Of a DNA stretch of 64,000 nt, positions 1 to 9,700 are shown piece after piece. Below the pieces are notes generated by a model. It made no database searches. It worked only from the letters and a program-made list of their open reading frames with translations, and was not told where the DNA came from. Source of the DNA: Bugula neritina (taxonomy: Eukaryota; Animalia; Bryozoa). A program made the translations under genes and the position numbers. How positions within the stretch are numbered: the first letter of the stretch is position 1; each line of letters opens with the position of its first letter. Where the stretch lies: contig CAXIUT010000103.1 of NCBI GenBank assembly GCA_964035545.1, forward strand, positions 62,001-126,000, given 5' to 3'.

Positions 1-719
1 TAGATCCAAAACAAGTTGATTAACAATTGAAGTTGAAGTCTCCATGTAGTCAACACTTTAGTCCTAACGTCAAATGCAAACGTCTGCAACCACACTGTGA
101 AGACTTCATGAGCTGGTTAGCTGACAGGACACATTAAAGTTCTTAACTCTTGTGTGTATAGTGATGCCCATCTTGAACTAGAGAGGGCTGACTGAAGACT
201 GCTACTTTGTGAAAATTGACAATGCATATTATTGTTATTCATTGTTGAGATTCACGACTGCCATAAACAATGATAAAATATTCTTTGTTGGTACTACTGA
301 GTAAAATAAAATATAATATAATATTGTTTTCTGGACAGAAAAGTAATATCAAATGCATATTATAACTTACCATAAATCTACAGTGCTTCACATCTTCACT
401 TTTTTCTGCAATGTTATTTCTTTGCAGTTGAAAGTACTGGCTGAATATATGACTATGAAACATGACCCTTCAATTTCATTGCACCAGCACCAGTTGCAAG
501 ATAGGTGTGTTGGGAGTTATCTTTCCCAAAATTTTGTTCTTGGTGTTTATACGAAGCAGACACAGGCTAATATTAGTTTTGTTATTTGCAAGAGTTTTTC
601 TGTCTGATTGTCCATCAGCAAAAGTTTGCGCCTTGCAGTTATTATGGAAATACCAGTGATGCTGGAAGACCTTTGCATTGTACACCCGCCTTTACTATTG
701 AATTTAGATGTTTTATTTT

Positions 720-748
720 CCCATCCCCTCTCCTGCCCTCCTGTCCCC
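720..748 (-). other. G-quadruplex-forming motif (C-rich i-motif strand on +), repeated at the same offset in almost every monomer
   Basis: The consensus + strand CCCATCCCCTCTCCTGCCCCCCTGTCCCC reads GGGG-ACA-GGGGGG-CAGGAGA-GGGG-AT-GGG on the minus strand. That matches (G3+N1-7)3G3+. Actual folding is not demonstrated. Confidence 0.6.
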
Positions 749-800
749 TCTAACAACCAGCAATCCTGACTCTTGTGAATTGTGTTATTGTTCTAGAGTT

Positions 801-812
801 GGCCCATGGGCC
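801..812. other. Perfect 12-bp palindrome GGCCCATGGGCC, one per monomer
   Basis: Read directly from the sequence and unchanged in all units inspected. Confidence 0.9.
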
Positions 813-1214
813 CACAGTATACGATTTGAAGCTTTATAGTTTACAGGCAGTCGAGATGAGTCACTGCTGAAACCCATTTTATTAGTAGACTATATTGCTC
901 TTCAATCATCAGTTTTCATATTAAAAGAGAAAGCTCATCTGCAGCGCCATTTCACAGTGTCATGTTTTGCTAGAGCAATAACTACTTTTAGATGCCTTTG
1001 CAAACATATGAGAAGTAAATGAGTCATTCTATGAAAAGAGGTGTTTGCAGCACTTGTCCACTTTTGATTTACACGCGGCATGGAAACTTTTGTAGTTTTA
1101 AATAATGTCTCCAAATTCATCACTTGCATGTGTTTAGATACTTGATGAAAATTTTTATGCAAAACTTGATGCCTGCTTCAAAGACACCAGTGCTTAATTA
1201 CTGTGTTAACTGTA

Positions 1215-1229
1215 TTGGCACGTTGCCAT
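1215..1229. promoter_or_regulatory. NFI-like palindromic site, one per monomer
   Basis: TTGGC-ACGTT-GCCAT versus the NFI consensus TTGGC(N5)GCCAA, with one mismatch. Motif match only. Confidence 0.25.
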
Positions 1230-2107
1230 GAGATATTTGGTAATATTTCGCATCACAACAAACTCTTCAGAAAGTTAAGAAAATCAGTCTAGAAAGTTAA
1301 TGAAATAAACCTACCAGAGAGAGTAAGCCAGATGTAACAAGTAGATCCAAAACAAGTTGATTAACAATTGAAGTTGAAGTCTCCATGTAGTCAACACTTT
1401 AGTCCTAACATCAAATGCAAACGTCTGCAACCAAACTGTGAAGACTTCATGAGCTGGTTAGCTGACAGGACACATTAAAGTTCTTAACTCTTGTGTGTAT
1501 AGTGATGCCCATCTTGAACTAGAGAGGGCTGACTGAAGACTGCTACTTTGTGAAAATTGACAATGCATATTATTATTATTCATTGTTGAGATTCACGACT
1601 GCCATAAACAATGATAAAATATTCTTTGTTGGTACTACTGAGTAAAATAAAATATAATATAATATTGTTTTCTGGACAGGAAAGTAATATCAAATGCATA
1701 TTATAACTTACCATAAATCTACAGTGCTTCACATCTTCACCTTTTTTTGCAATGTTATTTCTTTGCAGTTAGAAGTACTAGCTGAATGTATGACTATGAA
1801 ACATAACCCTTCAATTTCATTGCACCAGCACCAGTTGCAAGATAGGTGTGTTGGGAGTTATCTTTCCCAAAATTTTGTTCTTGGTGTTTATACGAAGCAG
1901 ACACAGGCTAATATTAGTTTTGTTATTTGCAAGAGTTTTTCTGTCTGATTGTCCATCAGCAAAAGTTTGTGCCTTGCAGTTATTATGGAAATACCAGTGA
2001 TGCTGGAAGACCTTTGCATTGTACACCCGCCTTTACTATTGAATTTAGACGTTTTATTTTCCTATCCCCTCTCCTGCCCCCCTGTCCCCTCTAACAACCA
2101 GCAATCC

Positions 2108-2367
2108 TGACTCATGTGAATTGTGTTATTGTTCTAGAGTTGGCCCATGGGCCTACAGTATACGATTTGAAGCTTTATAGTTTACAGGCAGTCGAGATGA
2201 GTCACTGCTGAAACCCATTCGATTAGTAGACTATATTGCTCTTCAATCATCAGTTTTCATATTAAAAGAGAAAGCTCATCGCCAGCGCCATTTCACAGTG
2301 TTATATTTTGCTAAAGCAATAACTAATTTAAGATGCCTTTGCAAACATATGAGAAATAAATGAGTCA
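2108..2367. promoter_or_regulatory. Cluster of three AP-1/TRE heptamers (TGA[C/G]TCA) per monomer, shown for U2
   Basis: TGACTCA at 2108-2114, TGAGTCA at 2198-2204 and TGAGTCA at 2361-2367 (within AATGAGTCATT). Motif match only; there is no functional evidence. Confidence 0.3.
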
Positions 2368-5300
2368 TTCTATGAAAAGAGGTGTTTGCAGCACTTGTCC
2401 ACTTTTGATTTACACGCGGCATGGAAACTTTTGTAGTTTTAAATAATATCTCCAAACTCATCACTTGCATGTGTTTAGATCCTTGATGAAAATTGTTATG
2501 CAAAACTTGATGCCTGCTTCAAAGACACCAGTGCTTAATTACTGTGTTAACTGTATTGGCACGTTGCCATGAGATATTTGGTAATATTTCGCATCACAAC
2601 AAACTCTTCAGAAAGTTAAGAAAATCAGTCTAGAAAATCAATGAAATAAACCTACCCGGGAGAGTAAGCCAGATGTAACAAGTAGATCCAAAACAAGTTG
2701 ATTAACAATTGAAGTTGAAGTCTCCATGTAGTCAACACTTTAGTCCTAATGTCAAATGCAAACGTCTGCAACCAAACTCTGTAGACTTCAAGAGCTGGTT
2801 AGCTGACAGGACTCATCAAAGTTCTTAACTCTTGTGTGTATAGTGATGCCCATCTTGAACTAGAGAGGGCTGACTGAAGACTGCTACTTTGTGAAAATTG
2901 ACAATGCATATTATTATTATTCATTGTTGAGATTCACGACTGCCATAAACAATGATAAAATATTCATTGTTGGTACTACTGAGTAGAATAAGATATAATG
3001 AAATATTGTTTTCTGGACAGATAAGTAATATCAAATGCATATTATAACTTACCATAAATCTACAGTGCTTCACATCTTCACTTTTTTCTGCAATGTTATT
3101 TCTTTGCAGTTAGAAGTACTAGCTGAATATATGACGATGAAACATAACCCTTCAATTTCATTGCACCAGCACCAGATGCAAGATAGGTGTGTTGGGAGTT
3201 ATCTTTCCCAAAGTTTTGTTCTTGGTGTATATCTGAAGCAGACACAAGCTAATATTAGTTTTGTTATTTGCAAGAGTTTTTCTGTCTGATTGTCCATCAG
3301 CAAAAGTTTGCGCCTTGCAGTTATTACGGAAATACCAGTGATGCTGGAAGACCTTTGCATTGTACACCCGCCTTTACTATTGAATTTAGATGTTTTATTT
3401 TCCCATCCCCTCTCCTGCCCCCCTGTCCCCTCTAACAACCAGCAATCCTGACTCATGTGAATTGTGTTATTGTTCTAGAGTTGGCCCATGGGCCCACAGT
3501 ATAAGATTTGAAGCTTTATAGTTTACAGGCAGTCGAGATGAGTCACTGCTGAAACCCATTTTATTAGTAGACTATATTGCTCTTCAATCATCAGTTTTCA
3601 TATTAAAAGAGAAAGCTCATCTGCAGCGCCATTTCACAGTGTTATATTTTGCTAGAGCAATAACTAATTTTAGATGCCTTTGCAAACATATGAGACATGA
3701 ATGAGTCATTCTATGAAAAGAGGTGTTTGCAGAGCTTGTCCACTTTTGATTTACACGCGGCATGGAAACTTTTGTAGTTTTAAATAATATCTCCAAACTC
3801 ATCACTTGCATGTGTTTAGATACTTGATGAAAATTTTTATGCAAAATTTGATGCCTGCTTCAAAGACACCAGTGCTTAATTACTGTGTTAACTGTATTGG
3901 CACGTTGCCATGAGATATTCAGTAATATATTTCGCTTCACAACAAACTCTTCAGAAAGTTGAGAAAATCAGTCTAGAAAGTTAATGAAATAAACCTACCA
4001 GAAAGAGTAAGCCAGATGTAACAAGTAGATCCAAAACAAGTTGATCAACAATTGAAATTGAAATCTCCATGTAGTCAACACTTTAGTCCTAATGTCAAAT
4101 GCAAACGTCTGCAACCAAACTGTGTAGACTTCATGAGCTGGTTAGCTGACAGGACTCATTAAAGTTCTTAACTCTTGTGTGTATAGTGATGCCCATCTTG
4201 AACTAGAGAGGGCTGATTGAAGACTGCTACTTTGTGAAAATTGACAATGCATATTATTATTATTCATTGTTGCGATTCACGACTGCCATAAACAATGATA
4301 AAATATTCATTGTTGGTACTACTGAGTAGAATAAAATATAATATAATATTATTTTCTGGACAGATAAATAAGATCAAATGCATATTATAACTTACCATAA
4401 ATCGACAGTGCTTCACATCTTCACCTTTTTCTGCAATGTTATTTCTTTGCAGTTGAAAGTACTGGCTGAATATATGACTATGAAACATAACCCTTCAATT
4501 TCATTGCACCAGCATCAGTTGCAAGAGAGGTGTGTTGGGAGTTATCTTTCCCAAAGTTTTGTTCTTGGTGTTTATACGAAGCAGACACAAGCTAATATTA
4601 GTTTTGTTATTTGCAAGAGTTTTTCTGTCTGATTGTCCATCAGCAAAAGTTTGCGCCTTGCAGTTATTACGGAAATACCAGTGATGCTGGAAGACCTTTG
4701 CATTGTACACCCGCCTTTACTATTGAATTTAGACGTTTTATTTTCCCATCCCCTCTCCTGCCCCCCTGTCCCCTCTAACAACCAGCAATCCTGACTCATG
4801 TGAATTGTGTTATTGTTCTAGAGTTGGCCCATGGGCCTACAGTATACGATTTGAAGCTTTATAGTTTACAGGCAGTCGAGATGAGTCACTGCTGAAACCC
4901 ATTTTATTAGTAGACTATATTGCTCTTCAATCATCAGTTTTCATATTAAAAGAGAAAGCTCATCGCCAGCGCCATTTCACAGTGTTATATTTTGCTAGAG
5001 CAATAACTAATTTTAGATGCCTTTGCAAACATATGAGACATGAATGAGTCATTCTATGAAAAGAGGTGTTTGCAGAGCTTGTCCACTTTTGATTTACACG
5101 CGGCATGGAAACTTTTGTAGTTTTAAATAATATCTCCAAACTCATCACTTGCATGTGTTTAGATACTTGATGAAAATTTTTATGCAAAATTTGATGCCTG
5201 CTTCAAAGACACCAGTGCTTAATTACTGTGTTAACTGTATTGGCACGTTGCCATGAGATATTTGGTAATATTTCGCATCACAACAAACTCTTCAGAAAGT

Positions 5301-6709
5301 TAAGAAAATCAGTCTAGAAAATCAATGAAATAAACCTACCCGAGAGAGTAAGCCAGATGTAACAAGTAGATCCAAAACAAGTTGATTAACAATTGAAGTT
5401 GAAATCTCCATGTAGTCAACACTTTAGTCCTAATGTCAAATGCAAACGTCTGCAACCAAACTGTGTAGACTTCATGAGCTGGTTAGCTGACAGGACTCAT
5501 CAAAGTTCTTAACTCTTGTGTGTATAGTGATGCCCATCTTGAACTAGAGAGGGCTGACTGAAGACTGCTACTTTGTGAAAATTGACAATGCATATTATTA
5601 TTATTCATTGTTGAGATTCACGACTGCCATAAACAATGATAAAATATTCATTGTTGGTACTACTGAGTAGAATAAGATATAATGAAATATTGTTTTCTGG
5701 ACAGATAAGTAATATCAAATGCATATTATAACTTACCATAAATCTACAGTGCTTCACATCTTCACCTTTTTCTGCAATGTTATTTCTTTGCAGTTAGAAG
5801 TACTAGCTGAATATATGACGATGAAACATAACCCTTCAATTTCATTGCACCAGCACCAGATGCAAGATAGGTGTGTTGGGAGTTATCTTTCCCAAAATTT
5901 TGTTCTTGGTGTATATCTGAAGCAGACACAGGCTAATATTAGTTTTGTTATTTGCAAGAGTTTTTCTGTCTGATTGTCCATCAGCAAAAGTTTGCGCCTT
6001 GCAGTTATTATGGAAATACCAGTGATGCTGGAAGACCTTTGCATTGTACACCCGCCTTGACTATTGAATTTAGATGTTTTATTTTCCCATCCCCTCTCCC
6101 GCCCCCCTGTCCCCTCTAACAACCGGCAATCCTGACTCATGTGAATTGTGTTATTGTTCTAGAGTTGGCCCATGGGCCCACAGTATACGATTTGAAGCTT
6201 TATAGTTTACAGGCAGTCGAGATGAGTCACTGCTGAAACCCATTTTATTAGTAGACTATATTGCTCTTCAATCATCAGTTTTCATATTAAAAGAGAAAGC
6301 TCATCTGCAGCGCCATTTCACAGTGTTATGTTTTGCTAGAGCAATAACTAATTTTAGATGCCTTTGCAAACATATGAGACATAAATGAGTCATTCTATGA
6401 AAAGAGGTGTTTGCAGAGCTTGTCCACTTTTGATTTACACGCGGCATGGAAACTTTTGTAGTTTTAAATAATATCTCCAAACTCATCACTTGCATGTGTT
6501 TAGATACTTGATGAAAACTTTTATGCAAAATTTGATGCCTGCTTCAAAGACACCAGTGCTTAATTACTGTGTTAACTGTATTGGCACGTTGCCATGAGAT
6601 ATTCAGTAATATATTTCGCTTCACAACAAACTCTTCAGAAAGTTAAGAAAATCAGTCTAGAAAGTTAATGAAATAAACCTACCAGAGAGAATAAGCCAGA
6701 TGTAACAAG

Positions 6710-9700
6710 TAGATCCAAAACAAGTTGATTAACAATTGAAGTTGAAATCTCCATGTAGTCAACACTTTAGTCCTAATGTCAAATGCAAACGTCTGCAACC
6801 AAACTGTGTAGACTTCATGAGCTGGTTAGCTGAAAGGACTCATTAAAGTTCTTAACTCTTGTGTGTATAGTGATGCCCATCTTGAACTAGAGAGGGCTGA
6901 CTGAAGACTGCTACTTTGTGAAAATTGACAATGCATATTATTATTATTCATACTTGAGATTCACGACTGCCATAAACAATGATAAAATATTCATTGTTGG
7001 TACTACTGAGTAGATTAAAATATAATATAATATTATTTTCTGGACAAATAAATAATATCAAATGCATATTGTAACTTACCATAAATCTACAGTGCTTCAC
7101 ATCTTCACTTTTTTCTGCAATGTTATTTCTTTGCAGTTAGAAGTACTAGTTGAAAATATGACTATGAAACATAACCCTTCAATTTCATTGCACCAGCACC
7201 AGTTGCAAGATAGGTGTGTTGGGAGTTATCTTTCCCAAAATTTTGTTCTTGGTGTTTATACGAAGCAGACACAGGCTAATATTAGTTTTGTTATTTGTAA
7301 GAGTTTTTCTGTCTGATTGTCCATCAGCAAAAGTTTGGCCTTGCAGTTATTATGGAAATACCAGTGATGCTGGAAGACCTTTGCATTGTACACCCGCCTT
7401 TACTATTGAATTTAGATGTTTTATTTTCCCATCCCCTCTCCTGCCCCCCTGTCCCCTCTAACAACCAGCAATCCTGACTCATGTGAATTGTGTTATTGTT
7501 CTAGAGTTGGCCCATGGGCCTACAGTATACGATTTGAAGCTTTATAGTTTACAGGCAGTGGAGATGAGTCACTGCTAAAACCCATTTTGTTAGTAGACTA
7601 TATTGCTCTTCAATCATCAGTTTTCATATTAAAAGAGAAAGCTCATCTGCAGCGCCATTTCACAGTGTTATATTTTGCTAGAGCAAGAACTAATTTTAGA
7701 TGCCTTTGCAAACATATGAGAAATAAATGAGTCATTCTATGAAAAGAGGTGTTTGCAGCAATTGTCCACTTTTGATTTACAAGCGGCATGGACACTTTTG
7801 TAGTTTTAAATAATATCTCCAAACTCATCACTTGCATGTGTTTATAGACTTGATAAATTTTTTTATGCAAAACTTGATGCCTGCTTCAAAGACACCAGTG
7901 CTTAATTACTGTGTTAACTGTATTGGCACGTTGCCATGAGATATTTGGTAATATTTCGCATCACAACAAACTCTTCAGAAAGTTGAGAAAATCAGTCTAG
8001 AAAGTTAATGAAATAAACCTACCAGAGAGAGTAAGCCAGATGTAACAAGTAGATCCAAAACAATTAGTTGATTAACAATTGAAATTGAAATCTCCATGTA
8101 GTCAACACTTTAGTCCTAATGTCAAATGCAAACGTCTGCAACCAAACTGTGTAGACTTCATGAGCTGGTTAGCTGACAGGACTCATTAAAGTTCTTAACT
8201 CTTGTGTGTATAGTGATGCCCATCTTGAACTAGAGAGGGGTGACTGAAGACTGCTACTTTGTGAAAATTGACAATGCATATTATTATTATTCATTGTTGA
8301 GATTCACGACTGCCATAAACAATGATAAAATATTCTTTGTTGGTACTACTGAGTAGAATAAAATATAATATAATATTATTTTCTGGACAGATAAATAAAA
8401 TCAAATGCATATTATAACTTACCATAAATCTACAGTACTTCACCTCTTCACCTTTTTCTGCAATGTTATTTCTTTGCAGTTAGAAGTACTAGCTGAATAT
8501 ATGACTATGAAACATAACCCTTCAATTTCATTGCACCAGCACCAGTTGCAAGATAGGTGTGTTGGGAGTTATCTTTCCTAAAAATTTGTTCTTGGTGTTT
8601 ATACGAAGCAGACACAGGCTAATATTAGTTTTGTTATTTGCAAGAGTTTTTCTGTCTGATTGTCCATCAGCAAAAGTTTGCGCCTTGCAGTTATTATGGA
8701 AATACCAGTGATGCTGGAAGACCTTTGCATTGTACACCCGCCTTGACTATTGAATTTAGATGTTTTATTTTCCCATCCCCTCTCCCGCCCCCCTGTCCCC
8801 TCTAACAACCGGCAATCCTGACTCATGTGAATTGTGTTATTGTTCTAGAGTTGGCCCATGGGCCCACAGTATACGATTTGAAGCTTTATAGTTTACAGGC
8901 AGTCGAGATGAGTCACTGCTGAAACCCATTTTATTAGTAGACTATATTGCTCTTCAATCATCAGTTTTCATATTAAAAGAGAAAGCTCATCTGCAGCGCC
9001 ATTTCACAGTGTTTTATTTTGCTAGAGCAATAACTAATTTTAGATGCCTTTGCAAACATATGAGAAATAAATGAGTCATTCTATGAAAAGAGGTGTTTGC
9101 AGCAATTGTCCACTTTTGATTTACAAGCGGCATGGACACTTTTGTAGTTTTAAATAATATCTCCAAACTCATCACTTGCATGTGTTTATAGACTTGATAA
9201 ATTTTTTTATGCAAAACTTGATGCCTGCTTCAAAGACACCAGTGCTTAATTACTGTGTTAACTGTATTGGCACGTTGCCATGAGATATTTGGTAATATTT
9301 CGCATCACAACAAACTCTTCAGAAAGTTAAGAAAATCAGTCTAGAAAGTTAATGAAATAAACCTACCAGAAAGAGTGAGCCAGATGTAACAAGTAGATCC
9401 AAAACAATTAGTTGATTAACAATTGAAGTTGAAATCTCCATGTAGTCAACACTTTAGTCCTAATGTCAAATGCAAACGTCTGCAACCAAACTGTGTAGAC
9501 TTCATGAGCTGGTTAGCTGAAAGGACTCATTAAAGTTCTTAACTCTTGTGTGTATAGTGATGCCCATCTTGAACTAGAGAGGGCTGACTGAAGACTGCTA
9601 CTTTGTGAAAATTGACAATGCATATTATTATTATTCATTGTTGAGATTCACGACTGCCATAAACAATGATAAAATATTCATTGTTGGTACTACTGAGTAG

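Larger units (their letters stand above)
1..1341. repeat. Representative monomer U1 (1,341 bp, older variant type; phase arbitrary)
   Basis: The sequence from 1342 onward restarts TAGATCCAAAACAAGTTGATTAAC. One HindIII site (829-834) and one NcoI site (804-809) were seen per monomer. Confidence 0.97.
1..6709. repeat. Left, more divergent layer (U1-U5), with partial dimeric organisation (~2,684 bp)
   Basis: These units share TTTGCGCC, GTCGAG, GCTGAAAC, ACACGCGG, TGATGAAA and the short AAAACAAGTTG allele. From U2 to U5 the lengths alternate 1341/1343. U3 and U5 share GATGCAAG, GTATATCTGAAG and the +2 ATTCAGTAATATAT; U2 and U4 share AAATCAATG and CATCGCCAG. Confidence 0.9.

Noticed and set aside
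510-535. Minus-strand Sm-like site (AATTTTGG) next to a TTGGGA/TCCCAA hairpin, suggesting an snRNA or SL RNA 3' end
   Set aside because: The Sm-like site overlaps the stem and is altered in type B and in U3/U4. No recognisable leader or snRNA body lies upstream.
353-607. Recurrent 84-aa + strand ORF (MHIITYHK...) and its 62/81/87/122-aa relatives
   Set aside because: No recognisable domain. It is frameshifted or stopped in many units (type B, U11/U13/U14, U16), and many substitutions are non-synonymous. Its recurrence is explained by the tandem repeat.
687-697. CGCCTTTACTA resembling U5 snRNA loop 1
   Set aside because: It is one T short of the invariant GCCUUUUAC, has no closing stem, and is mutated in U5 and U7.
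906-1123. Minus-strand C boxes (GTGATGA, CTGATGA) as a C/D snoRNA
   Set aside because: The nearest D box is ~215 nt away, there is no terminal stem, and no rRNA antisense element was evident.
935-1162. Recurrent 66/75-aa minus-strand ORF (MHKK/N...)
   Set aside because: The stop position toggles between units, U27 and U45 have a premature stop, and I recognise no homology.
380-1200. miR-427/miR-430-type tandem miRNA cluster (similar unit size)
   Set aside because: No conserved AAGTGC seed inside a hairpin. There are only CAGTGCTT near-matches and a minus-strand match limited to U1-U2.
1170-1290. Faint resemblance to a LINE reverse-transcriptase segment (...HNKLFRKL...)
   Set aside because: Only a few residues match, the upstream D..KAFD motif is not in frame, and stops surround it. 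It cannot be supported without BLASTX or HMM evidence.
221-1300. Internal short direct repeats (AATGCATATTAT at 221 and 352; AGAAAGTTAA at 1269 and 1291) as evidence of a smaller ancestral subunit
   Set aside because: They are isolated 10-12-bp AT-rich matches with no consistent sub-period across the monomer.
1-1341. 5S/45S rDNA, tRNA, histone or snRNA gene repeat unit
   Set aside because: I recognised no conserved sequence of these genes on either strand. An Rfam scan would be the decisive check.
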